DNA from: Balanoglossus misakiensis | Lineage: Eukaryota; Animalia; Hemichordata | Length of the DNA: 64,000 nt | Assembly (NCBI GenBank): GCA_040954595.2 | Contig: CM082578.2 | Span: 7,301,519 to 7,365,518 of the forward strand | Direction of reading: 5' to 3' | Shown: in pieces, positions 22,144 through 34,521 of the stretch | Layout of the letters: each line of letters starts with the position of its first letter | Numbering within the stretch: position 1 is the stretch's first letter | Program-made: the position numbers and the translations under genes | The notes under the pieces: model-generated | The model's database searches: none | What the model saw: the letters and a program-made list of their open reading frames with translations, nothing else | Told to the model about the DNA's origin: nothing

Positions 22144-25100
22144 CTAAACACCGCCGACCTCGTCGCGGGACGGTGCCACGGATGGAGCGGCGGCGGACTC
22201 GTATTGCGGCGGCGGCGTGGCTTCCCCGGAGCCGCGTCTCGCGTTGTAGGCGACAGCGACATCGCTTCCGTCCACGACGATTGCGCTAGTGTTATCACCC
22301 GCGGGTGACGCGGGCTTGCTCCCGTCGGCGTTGTATGTGACATCGGTCACCCCGCGAGTGTCCAAACTTCTCCGCGAGCGGCTCTGTTTCCTGGCCAGGC
22401 AGAGGACCAGCGTTGATCCGACGACGAAAATGGCGAGGATCGGCAACAGGATGGACAGCAACATCTTGATGTTTTTTCCTTTTCCGCCCTTGGGATCATT
22501 TTCAGGTCCACCTGCAAAGGTAAAAAAAAAACAGACTACATGACACCAAGAAGTATTATGTACTGGGATATATCCATACGCATGAGAAACACAACAAAAT
22601 AACAGGACACTTTCATAATCCATACTTGATGACCTGGCACTTCTGTGGTGTAAAGTATGCAAAATACAACATTTCGTCGCATAGAAGTGAAAATTGCACT
22701 TCAGTTAAAATCACAGTTCTTGTGGAGCAAGATATTGTAGTTAATACACGGTACAAAAAAGGTTGCAGCCTTTAACATAAACAAAATATGCTGAGACGTG
22801 CTAGACCTGCTGAAACTGTCTATAAATTGAAAAGAGAGAGGGAAGTTTGGTAAATAGTTTTCTAATATCGTCATGCCATAATATCAAATGTCATAAACGT
22901 TGACCATCATGCATTGCTTTTGTCCCGAGTCGGCCATCTTTGCCCGGAGATTTGTCTATGGGGTTTCCCCAGACCCTCTTTCTGGAGTGCCCAACGGAAG
23001 AAGCAGGGGGGTCTGGGTAACCGAGACTACCTCCCCATGAAGAACCATGCCCTACGCATACCTGCGATTTTCGCCAGTAGTCACGTGCGCAAAATCCAAT
23101 CACCACCTGATCGATACCCGTGTTCCCGAGTTCAATTAGTATTCATCAATGTGCGATCGTTCGACGGGGGCCACTCTATCTTACCTCTCTCGCAACCGAG
23201 TCCGTAGTAACCTGGTGGACACAGACACGTTAGTGAATAGTTCGAGTTGTGGCAGGTTCCTCCGTTCACGCAAGGCGGGTAACACCCTGGAAAAGAAATA
23301 AAAACACAATCTCGCACTCTCTCGTTTCTAAGACGTCATTAGTGTATAGCGGAGCCCAGAAACAGGGACAGCCTACGACACCTCTACATTTAACCATTGA
23401 CGATGCTCTCCGAGTCAACCGTCTGCGTCTGAGTATTCTGACACTACCCGAGATATCTTTTCAATACATAAACTATGAACAGCTGAATAGACTAGTTCAA
23501 AACTGTGTGGCATTTCAAAAGACAAGATGAGGACAAGACAGTCGAACATAAATTTGTGTTGCACTCTGAGGGGAACGTGTTGACATTCGTCTTTTGTCAT
23601 CTACTGCTGCAGAGCTTACTGAGTGCTTCTTCGCATGTGTCGCCACGGTAACCAAATTTGCAGTGACACCAATAGTTCCGACACGTTCCTCCATTGTGAC
23701 AGGCAGGACATCCTGTGAAAGGGAATCACCAAAACGGATCAGAAGACACAGGCTTATAACGGTTCGCTGCAAGGTTCGCTCTTGACATGTCGCCCACTAA
23801 TGCGCCCTCAACCGTTCAGCAGATGCACCATATTATGGTGTTGTGTAGCCTCGAAGTTTCACTTGGCCATTGAGGGCACACATTCAATCAGGCGATAAGT
23901 ATGCGTTGGCGGCGAGATCAGTTGTAAAAGAGTCTATTACCGAATCTACAGGGATTGTACTACATGTATTTTTTTGTCACACGTAGGCCTAAATCATAAA
24001 TGAACCACAGACAAAGAGAAAAAACAGACTAGCAACGCGGCATGTCCCTTTGATGTTATGTGCGCCTCGATAAACAACGGCTGAGATAAGCTTCAAATGT
24101 GTCAGACTCCGCGGAGACCAGGGTTGGTCTCGCGTATGCGTCATTATTGTACGATATTATGCGACAATTGTGGCGAGATTTCCCAGAATTCTTTGCGGTA
24201 GCGTCATTTTATCGACAGCGTCAACATGGCTTCCAACAATGCGAACTATGACATAATATCATAAGAAACCCTTGTTGTCTTAGAATAACCGGCGGTAATT
24301 TCTTACAGTTTTCATGCTCCAAACGGCAAACTGCAAGTCTGTTAAGTGCAAATGCTATACAACGACCCAATGGAAACTATCACCGACATTAAACACAGTA
24401 ACAACACATCGCATTTTCCTTGACATCCAATTTGACAGATCGTACCATGACCTTGCTTGGCACCGCTTTGCACTCAGGACACGACTGAACACTACTTCAC
24501 GACGACTAAATTTACACGTTAGAAGTATTATTTACGCTAACAACCTCGCAGATTTACAAAGGACAATATTCGGCGAACCGGAATCCATTCCAAAAAATTC
24601 GAGATTGATGATCAAACCTTTTGAAATTTGCGATCAAACATACTTATTATATATTCATAACTTTTTCGTACAAACAATCAAAATGGTCAAACACATCTCT
24701 CCGATACACAAACTTCCTCAAATTTTCGCTGTCCACTCGGCTTCCGTCCCAGCTGACTGAGAACAACAACACGAACTTTCACGAAAACACTTTCGTTTTA
24801 TAATCGGCAAAATTCCGGACATTGCCGAAGTGGATACGTTCGGAAATCTTCGGAGACAAGCTGCACCTTGAAGGCTAGCTGAGACACGCATAGGGGGATT
24901 AGGAGGTGTACTTCACACCTTTTGACAATAGCGTTGCTAGTCTGTTTTTCTCTTTGTCTGTGAATGAACTAACTGGTTACACGTTACCTTCTACCCTGTA
25001 CTCGCATCGATATCCACGGAAGCCATGATCATTACAGAGACAGAAAGGTCCATGTTCTTCCATTGTACACCCATAACTGTTCATACATGGGAAAGGGTGT

Positions 25101-27284
25101 TCACAATCATCTGTGAACAATTGTGATGAAAAACCCAACGATAAATGCCATCGTAGACCCTCGAGTGACATGATGCCAGTGAGTGAGTGAGTGAGTGAGT
25201 GAGTGAGAGAGTGGGTGGGTGAGTGAGTGAGTCAGAGAGTTAGTCAGACATTCTGTTAGTGAGTGAGTAAGTCAATCAGTAAATCAGGCAGGCAACGAAC
25301 CAACCAACCAACCAACCAACCAACCAACCAACCAACCAACCAACCAATGTGATTGACTGTTTCGTTCTCAACACATACTCGACAGCATTCTGTTACATGG
25401 TATTTGATTATAAAACATACTAATATCATCAGCTGGTGATGAAATACTCACGTGGAAAGGAGCAATCCATTTCTTCCTCATCCGAATTATCGCCGCAGTT
25501 GTTGAATCCATCGCACACAGCAGAAATACCGATGCAGTAATCAGTAGTGGCACATTTGAAATATCCCGCGGGACATGGACCTATAGACAAGACGATTCGG
25601 CAAATTGAGTATAGATCCCGTTGTATGAAATTAACGGACTCGAATTGTGCACAGACAGTCTTGCTTAGAAAGAGTACCATACACAGCAAACAAACGTGAG
25701 ACACTGTCTACAACTAGGAAGACCAATTTCTGTTACGATCAGCAACGTGTGAGCGCCCTCATTTGCTCTCCTTCACATTCTCCGTTTCCCGCTCGCCCCA
25801 TGCTTGATCGTTCTTTGGAGTTCGTTGTCATTTTACGATTTACATGACTGTAAGCACGCGTTAACATATACCTGACGACGGTAGAGCTGACACATAGGAG
25901 TTCGGATAACGAACGCCTTTCATCGTAACGCTGTAGTAAAGATAATTCGAAGAGGAGAAGACCGTTTCTGCCTCTGTTGGATCAGTCCACCGCACCAGTA
26001 GCGGAGCCTCTGACGTCATGCCGTCTCGAACTTCGAGAAGAATTTCGCCCGTATCTGTCGGTGAACAAATGAAGCCGAGAGCGCGAACAAATTTCGTGAA
26101 ATTTGCTGGAGATAATGGTTTCATGAAATTGTTGACAGATGTGAGTTTCGTGACAATTCATATGCTAATTTGCACATTTTCAGCATTTATTTACTTGAAC
26201 AACGCGCATGTGAGCGTAGGCAATTCATGTCTGGTTCAATAATGTAAGCGCGTTTTCTCTACATGAGGGTACAGTAGTGTTCCGGCTAATGCATCAAGGC
26301 TATTCTCGAAGTGCATAGTAAACACTTACCGTTTGCGAAATGACCAAAAGCAAATGCCAAGATGTGACCCGGTGCCGCCTTACAAGTTCGCACGAATTTG
26401 TACGTCACACTTTGGGGGTCGCCGCCATAACTTCCTGGGCTATTTCGATCAACGGGACGCTTTGAGAATGAAATGTACCCTACAGAAGGGAAACAGAACT
26501 ATCAAGAAATTTACACACAAAAAACGGATACTTTTTTGTCATCAAGTCGGCAAAATTGAGTATATCTTTAATTTGCATGAACATCGACAAAATAAGGACA
26601 TATTGTCACTTTAAATTTACACGTGCCCAATTTCGGTTGGTAAAGGGGTGTGTTTGTCTTTTTTCTATGAACATGAGCAAAACAAAAGACCAACAATAAA
26701 AAAAAACGACAAGAAAACAAACGACACGACGCTTACCGTGTCTGTCACGTGCTTCTCTGAAACTGGCCGCTTCTGCAAAAGAAATGCCTGAGTAGCGCGC
26801 CTTGAATCCCGACAATTGGAACAAGTTGTCACACTGGACTTCGTATGTTATGACCATGGTATTTGTCACAGAAACGTGGTATAGTTTCATGGAGTCTATA
26901 GGGAGGCTATAGAGACTGTACAGGTATGTGTCTTCAGAACCGTTGACACCCCTTTCATAAAGCTGGAAAATAGAGGAACGAGTCATTGTTACTGAAACAG
27001 TCCCCGCTGGATTAAGACATTGCGTAAATCAGCAGGGTACAATAAAAAAGCCAAACCACGCCGGTGGCCACATGTGGTATATCGCAAAAGTTATAATAAA
27101 ATAGTTCCATGCATTTCTGGGTTATGGCTCCGCGGACAGGGACGGGTTGATGGTCATGCTTCCCCGAATACGTCAGCTGAAAAGGTTGCCAAGGGAACAG
27201 GGGTGATGCTACACCTACACCATGTTACACCTACACCAATGACTAACATAAAGTTATTGATAATGATGATGATAATGATGATGG

Positions 27285-27319
<35 letters not shown>

Positions 27320-28351
27320 TTAATTGGCGGTGAGGATGATGTTAAATGGCGGTGATGATGTTAAATGGCGGTGATGATGATGATGATGATGGTGATGGTG
27401 ATGATGATGATGATGATGATACAATCTTCGCGCGTCAATTACGTCATCATCACTGCCTTTACTCTCAACTTACATATATGGTCTGTCGACATCTTCGCTG
27501 ATAGGTCAGGACATATTGTGATGTCATGTCTGTAAATTCCAGCAAAACGCCTCCGCCATTGTTGTTAATAATGACGTATGTACAGCTGTAGGGACCATTG
27601 GGAAAGGGTTCGGGAAAATTAGGAGACGAGATACTGCCGCCGCCATCTTCGACCATTTTTTCTACAGTGTCACAAACTTCAACGAAACAGAGAAGACCAA
27701 AATGTCCCAAACATATCAGTCTATCAAAGACCGCTTTATACTGTGGTGCATATTAGAGAGACTGTGTCTTCATTATCACGAAAATTACATCCGTTTCTTT
27801 CGTCAGCAGTGCTTCGGTTCATTTCTATCTAAAGCACGGCACGGCCAACCATGACCACCGATGTACGTAAACAAGTTTGTCTGACAGATAACTTGTCTCA
27901 CTCACTCACTCACTCACTCACTCACTCACTCACTCACTCACTCACTCACTCACTCACTCACTCACTCACTCACTCACTCACTCACTCACTCACTCACTCA
28001 CTCACTCACTCACTCACTCACTCACTCACTCACTCACTCACTCACTCACTCACTCACTCACTCACTCACTATAACACACACACACACGTACTCTCGCTCT
28101 TACTAGTATATGAAAATTCCCGTTCCCCGATATTTTTAACTGAGCCGGCGTGTTTATTGTACGGAAGACATATACTAGTAAACACTGTGTGGCCTTTCTT
28201 ACATGCTGTCGTACTCACCATAAGAATGTGACGGCTGTATGGACACAGACAAAATCAATAAAACAAGGACAGCCGTCATTCCATTATTCGACTTCGACCC
28301 AGCCAAGCCAAAACTGCATAAAATCTTTCTATTCTTCACGTCAGTCTGCAT
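22144..28351 (-). CDS. Type I membrane protein SP-CUB-CUB(degenerate)-LDLa-EGFx3-TM-PPxY tail (gene A, NETO/LEV-10-like plus EGFs)
   Basis: Phase-consistent GT-AG exons: 28351-28219 (SP), 27676-27474 and 26962-26737 (CUB1, GSISSPNFPEPFP...GFKARY), 26479-26330 and 26054-25872 (CUB2-like), 25580-25452 (LDLa, CDGFNNCGDNSDE), 25110-24988, 23712-23620, 23286-23185 (EGFs), 22511-22144 (TM and tail with PPQY). Confidence 0.8.
24006..24962. mobile_element. Non-autonomous DNA transposon, P-element-like, in an intron of gene A
   Basis: About 33-bp TIRs (CACAGACAAAGAGAAAAAACAGACTAGCAACGC at 24006; reverse complement at 24931-24962, one A shorter) and a perfect 7-bp target duplication AATGAAC (23999-24005 and 24963-24969). 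Confidence 0.8.
25179..25347. repeat. Compound (GTGA)n / (ACCA)n microsatellite
   Basis: Directly visible, imperfect. Confidence 0.85.
27258..27420. repeat. Imperfect (ATG)n microsatellite with a short internal tandem duplication
   Basis: Directly visible; gatgatgttaaatggcggt recurs. Confidence 0.85.
27897..28070. repeat. (CTCA)n microsatellite
   Basis: Directly visible. Confidence 0.97.
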
Positions 28352-28655
28352 GGTAAACGTCAACCGGCAAAAACTACACGAAGACTCGTATACTAGGTCT
28401 TCACTTTCATCACGGTTTCTTCACCACATACCTGAAAAGTTTGATACTGTGAACAAGTCTTCTCTCTAAATGGTGTCAAAACTGGGGTTATCTACGTAAC
28501 ATTCGCATACACGATCATTTACATTTTGTGGACAGACGAATTCGAATACATTTTATATAATAGACATGATATTAAAACAAATCAGAATTCACATTTCTGA
28601 AAAAGATAAAGCCTCTTGTACCGGCATATAAAAAAATATAGAAATAATGGACGAC

Positions 28656-28787
28656 GCCCTGACCATTAACGTTTGTTTATGGGCAAGGGCGAGGGGAAAG
28701 CCAAAAATTCATGGGCGAGGCTTCCGAGCCCATGAATTTTGGCTTTCTTCGAGCTCGCGCCCATAAATAAACGTTAATGGTCAGGGC
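28656..28787. repeat. Long imperfect palindrome / foldback element
   Basis: gccctgaccattaacgtttgtttatgggc...aaagccaaaaattcatgggc pairs with gcccatgaattttggcttt...gcccataaataaacgttaatggtcagggc. Confidence 0.85.
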
Positions 28788-31031
28788 GGAGTCGGTTATT
28801 TCCATTATATTACCAACGAAATAAAAAAAAAACGTCAAAATTTACGAAAATGTCCCACTAGGGGCCCCGGAACTTGTGTTACGCAAAAAAAAAACGTTAC
28901 TGGGTATTTGTGGTCAGTGACGTCGTTCATCTCGACCAATTAAAATGCGACGCACAGGCCATGGTAATATCATAAACTTTATACAGTCATACTATTGGCA
29001 CGCAAACTCATATTCATGTCCCTGCAATTAATGCTTAGATGGGTATCGTTTACTTGCAGAGACGTGTTACACTCAGTCAAACGGATTCTTGGTACATGGA
29101 TGCAACTGCGGGGCTTCGTGCTCACAACACCGTTTACCCGTGGCGCAATTTGAATCAAGCTTGCGCGCCGCCGGCGAACGTTGTTTACTGATTATAAGTA
29201 GTGCGAATGTTGCTTGGCATAACTTTAAACAGGATCAGGAGTTCGACTGTACTTGGTTGACCGGGTCGACGGTCATGGCGACCTCAATCGAGAGAGGGGT
29301 TCGCCAAGGTCACGCATGCCACATTTATCGTATGAATGACTCATGTGTGCCATACTGCAGGCAATTATTTTTCTACAGACGCCGGCGTCCTTGAGACAGT
29401 TCCATGATGGCGTAGACTGTGAAGGTATATTGAATGAAACTGAACATTCACTGCCAAAAGTAAAGGCAGTACATGTTTACATTGAGTGTTACAGACGATT
29501 TTATTAAACCAAAAATGCAAGGATGCTTCTGTTTTCAAATCACAAATATATGCACTATGTCAGGAGGCGGCAGTAGACAAATACTAGCACATCACTGCGA
29601 CAACCTGCTCTTTCGAGATTAACATTTTCCCAAATTAATTATTCTAGCCATAGACCTTAGGGTCTAGGTTCTATCCGAAATACCAACTCGAACGTCAAGC
29701 CCAAAGGGCAAGGACACGTGAGGGCGATAAATCTTAAATATTATGATTAGTTCCAGAATCCATTGCAATAAATTAAGACGCATGCTCAGACACTGTATTC
29801 AATTTTAAGGGCGATGCCGTCTGGTGTCCTTGACGCGAACGCCGACGAGCCTTTACTATCGAGTCAACTCACTTTGATGAGCAAATTGTCGTTTCATGTG
29901 TCATGCTTCATTTCACGGCCAGATTAAAAGGAAACTAGGTGAGATTAAATGTGTAAAGCTTAGGTCATGTGCAGAGGGCGACTAGTCAAAATGTCTTGGT
30001 TTTAAAAAAAGAGAAAGTGAATCCTGGATTCTTCGAATATATATACAAAAAATGGTTGATGTAGGCCTATATGCAAAATAAAACATACCTTGCCCGTTCA
30101 TAATTCTGCATCGAGGTCCCGTATATGCAGAAGTGGTCACACAACGGTATATACAGGGTGTTTATATCTCGGAGTCTTCGTGAACGTGTAATTTCAGTTT
30201 GCAGTAAATAACTCACTTAATATTTTGGTCACGTTCACCGCCTGTAGAAAGACATCCCGCGGTTCCGTGCAGTAGCGATGCTTGGGGTTCACCTAGTTGT
30301 ATATTAAAATGACGTAAGTGACATCATCGGTGTAAGGGCAGAGTTGAAATTTATAGCATTTGAGAATTTCGCGAGCGTTGCCCGTTCGCTTGTTGTTCAA
30401 GTTGCAAGCTGTCGGCTGGCCGACATTCGTCGATCAGAATGGCGGCGAGGAATATATACGACCGCCGCAATGCATTGTTGTCTGTTGCACGGTAACGCCG
30501 ACTCCTCTAAGCAATAGTACAGACCCTACTAGTAATTTGTTATGTGTCTGTTGGCCTAAATATTCTGCCGCGTGATACACATATCAATGTTTTAATTATA
30601 ATAGCGGGATGACAACCGTTAGAATTTAATATCTGTGGATGCCATTTTGGCATCACATCCAGCTATTAAATGTAGTGTTAGTTGATATTATTTTCCCGCC
30701 CCGGAAAAGGCGTTTTACTGTATAGTTACAGTTGTCTAGAAAGATGAGTTGACGTATATTATTTTTGTGTCTGGGAGAGAGAGATAGGTGGAATAATGAA
30801 AAGAAAGATACCATGATGATGCGCTTATTTATACTGATTTGCAGAATTGTTAAACGTCGCCAATGGTAAACTACCAGAATTTTTTCTCTCTCAATGAGAC
30901 TGCTAACGAGTATTCATGAACAGCTCTGTAAGACAAATCGTCCAGTGTATCACGTCCTACGACCTTTCAAATGCACAACGAAGGCGTCATCCGACAAACC
31001 ATATTGGGGCAATCTGTACGTCGTCGACTTC

Positions 31032-31034
<3 letters not shown>

Positions 31035-31111
<77 letters not shown>
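31035..31111. repeat. (ATC)n microsatellite
   Basis: Directly visible. Confidence 0.95.
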
Positions 31112-31361
31112 GAAATGATCTTTAATTGACGATAAATAATTCGAGTTTTAATATGAAAACTTTGACGAGAAACACGGCGTGTAGCCATGTTGATTCAACA
31201 AATCATTCACGAGAATGTTAGTTTTTCTTCTTTATAGTATAATATTCGTGGATAAATTGTGTACGAGAAGAAAGCGCGGCTCTCATTCTATCATAAACTG
31301 TCGGAGAATGTCAATTTTGAGCTAAATTTCCGTTGGAATTATGATAAAAACGTAATCGAAG

Positions 31362-31368
31362 AAACACA
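31362..31368 (+). promoter_or_regulatory. H1 box (AC box, AAACACA)
   Basis: AAACACA about 170 nt upstream of the H1 ATG, with a TATA-like GATAAAAA near 31457; short motif, supported only by position. Confidence 0.5.
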
Positions 31369-31536
31369 AATTTATAGGCAGCAGCGTAACTGATGGGGTG
31401 TTTGAGCGCGCGTTGTCATTGACACCTTTGTTTTCTCCGACGTTCGCAATGAAGGGATAAAAACGCGCTGCTTTTGACTCGGAACCACACTTCGCTCGAC
31501 ACTTACAGCCCTGTATAGTTCCGAGAAGACTTCGTA

Positions 31537-32079
31537 ATGGCAGAATCCGCTCCAGTCAAGAAGCCAAAAGCAGCTCCAACTCATCCCAAGACTTTGGAGA
31601 TGGTGGTCGAAGCCATCAAGACCATAAAAGACACCAAGGGAAGCTCTGTGCAGGCCATCAAGGCGTTCATCTTGTCTCACTACCCGACCGTCAGTCCGTC
31701 TCATCTGACCGCCAACCTCCGCCGCGCTCTGAAAGCTGGCCTAGACTCCGGCGTACTGGTGCGTCCCAAAGGCTCGACGGCCACGGGAGCAACCGGTCGT
31801 CTGAGAGTTGGCAAGCTGCCAGAGAAGCCCAAGAAGAAACCCGCCAAGAAGAAGGCACCAGTGGAGAAGAAGCCGGTCAAGAAGCCAAAGGAGAAGAAAA
31901 CGCCCAAGAAAGCAAAGGATGCCAAGAAGTCACCGAAGAAGCCGTCGGCTAAGAAACCAGAGAAGAAGGCAGACAAGACGAAGAAGCCAAAGAAAGACGT
32001 GAAGACATCAGCTGCCAAGAAGACAAGCAAGGCTTCTAAACCTAAGAAGCCAAAAGCTAAAACCGCGCCCAAGAAGTAA
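31537..32079 (+). CDS. H1: Linker histone H1, B4/H1oo (H1.8)-like globular domain, intronless, 180 aa
   Basis: HPKTLEMVVEAI..KGSSVQAI..LRRALKAGLDSGVLVRPKGSTATGATGR winged-helix domain followed by a K/A/P-rich tail with SPKK/TPKK. Confidence 0.95.
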   Translation: MAESAPVKKPKAAPTHPKTLEMVVEAIKTIKDTKGSSVQAIKAFILSHYPTVSPSHLTANLRRALKAGLDSGVLVRPKGSTATGATGRLRVGKLPEKPKKKPAKKKAPVEKKPVKKPKEKKTPKKAKDAKKSPKKPSAKKPEKKADKTKKPKKDVKTSAAKKTSKASKPKKPKAKTAPKK

Positions 32080-32107
32080 ACCTTCGATTTGCCACCTAAA
32101 TCAAAAT

Positions 32108-32123
32108 GGCCCTTTTCAGGGCC
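32108..32123 (+). promoter_or_regulatory. Histone 3' stem-loop, with a purine-rich downstream element
   Basis: GGCCCT-TTTC-AGGGCC 28 nt after the stop, then ACCACA and CCGAAAGAGA (U7-binding-like) at about 32134-32143. Confidence 0.95.
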
Positions 32124-33311
32124 ACCACATCCTCCGAAAGAGAATACCTAATGAACGCACACACGTACCTACAACACACTCACCCCTCAACAGTTATAAA
32201 TTGACTCACGTTTTACATTTCAATATTCTGTGTGATGTATATAAATGTTCCCGATATCTATCAGTTTACGGTGTTTCCATGGGGATTCGAAATTTGAATG
32301 CGTGGGATTACCCAGATAATCATTCCAGGGCACGATTAGAAAGTCACATTCGCGTTTCAGAGACCGCGACCGATGAGTATTCAAATTCTATTTGGTGGAA
32401 ATATAGGTACATGTTAATTATTTTAGCCCATATAATATCATCCATTTTTGAAAGCATATGGCTGGCCTTGCAACAAAATACTGCGTGGAATTACGTGAAC
32501 GAGGCGCAACAGGTAGAGCCTGGGTTGTTGTCAAGAGTCAGGTTGCGCATGCGTACGTGTACGACGTGAATGGACTTCGACCATGTGTTGTTGTAGCGTG
32601 GCGTGTTCGTCTCTCCCGACAATTTCCCTTACCTTCCATTCGTGTTATAGGCGCTAAATGGTGTAATATTCTTTTGTCTAACATTCTTTTTGTCACACAT
32701 GCTGGAGTATATACCTGGCGCATCAACATTTCATACCAACGTTGCGCGGCTGATCGTTTGGCAGAATCTGTAAAATAGGTGGGTATGTTAAATTCTCAGA
32801 GTCGTGACGCAGGTGTGGGGCCGTACTTGTCCATATTTGTTGTGTAGATTGGATATCATTACATTGCATGTAACATGTAAGTGTTCATTTGGACCTTCGC
32901 CACGACAAATATTTTCACCAACTTCCGGGATCGACAACATACAGACACGCCAAACATTTTACGCACCGTTTATGCAGTGAGAACGTTTCAGAAACATGAA
33001 ATAACGCACACCTTGTTGTATTCCAATTCCGGGTTCGAATTCGCAGTGGTCAGACTATGGGGCATTTAAGTGGAATATGCATGCACTTTCAAAGGGGAGG
33101 AAGGACGTGTATATTTTCACTTTAGTTTACATGAGTGACGAAAAGGTGTAAAGTTCCTCAGCTTGCGTTGTTTACCCTGACTAAAATTTGCCACTGGCGG
33201 GCGCCCCATAGTTGAATGATTTCATATCGTTGACCCCATCAGGTCAACCACGCGCCCGTCATGTGGAGCCGGAATGTGAAACCAAGCCATAGACGGTAGC
33301 CACGTCTTCTG

Positions 33312-34463
33312 ATGAGTTTGTTCAACGTCACGTACAAGCTGCTGATCGCAGCATCGTGTTTTGTGTGGACGATTGTGGGAGAATACAGTAAGTTTGTAAA
33401 GTCTCTTGATAAAGTGTCTACATGTACACAATGGGTGAAAACACAGTGTTAATGATCGTTATACACGTAATCATGCAAAACCAATGTGGCATAACAATCA
33501 AGAGTACGCGTTTAAAACGAAACCCTTTGAGCGCTAGAGCGAGTTCAAAAATGCAAATCTAATTTTCTTGGAATTCATTCACCGGAAGACATCAGCGCCC
33601 AAAATACGCAACTGTACGTGCAGTGCACCTTCCCTTTCAGTTTCGGCAGAGGAAAGTCTTGTGAGCCCACGTGACACTTCGCGCGTTACACGCGTAGCCT
33701 TGTCCAATTGAAAGGATCCGATCTTCTATATTATATAAGGATACTTGTTCGAGCAGCATAACACAGCTGTCCGACCGCCTATATTTGGCTATCCTTCAAA
33801 CAAAATGGATTACAATAATGTACTTGAAAACGAGTGCTTGCCTTCTAATTCGACGCAGTGAAGTGTAACTGTAATACGGGTGCCACTGCTGTACCAAAAA
33901 GAAAACAATGCTACAAACAATAGACTCGTTAACACTGACATCAATTAATTACAGAAGCAGTAATACGCGAACGGATGGCCGAGTTGTTAAAAATCTATAC
34001 ATGCACCTCAATCATTTTAAATCATCCACAGCTTGCGGACATAGGCACATCACAGAGTCTCACGGGATCGTCACCTCGCCCGGTTTTCCAGAGGCTTTCC
34101 CGGGAGGACAGTATGTGTGCACTTACACCATTCAGAACTCTGACAATGGAACCATTGAGCTGCAGTTTCGCGATTTTATGACGCAGGGACAGTTCAACTG
34201 GGATTTCAGATGCTCGGAGGAGATTTCTGTACGTATAGACGAGGTTGTCTGTTGCAATTAAAGGGACAGTAGTTGTAACTTTTGATGATTGTTTCAGACG
34301 CTTTAAAACGCCTAGTATTGAGCTTGTCAACAGAGTATGTAGACGGGTAAAACGCTGTGATGACAATCTGCGTTCATGTACTGGAAATGCCAGCGTGTTG
34401 TGGTGGATACAGAGAATGAAAAAAACCCGGAAAAAAACATAACCATTATCGAAAGTGACAACC

Positions 34464-34521
<58 letters not shown>

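Noticed and set aside
24006-24040. CACAG end as a RAG/Transib recombination-signal-like terminus
   Set aside because: No CACAGTG heptamer or nonamer, and the TSD is 7 bp rather than 5 bp.
30439-30866. Possible 5' mini-exons of gene B that would nest H1 in an intron
   Set aside because: Poor signal peptide; a much better signal-peptide exon with a GTAAGT donor and correct phase exists at 33312-33387.
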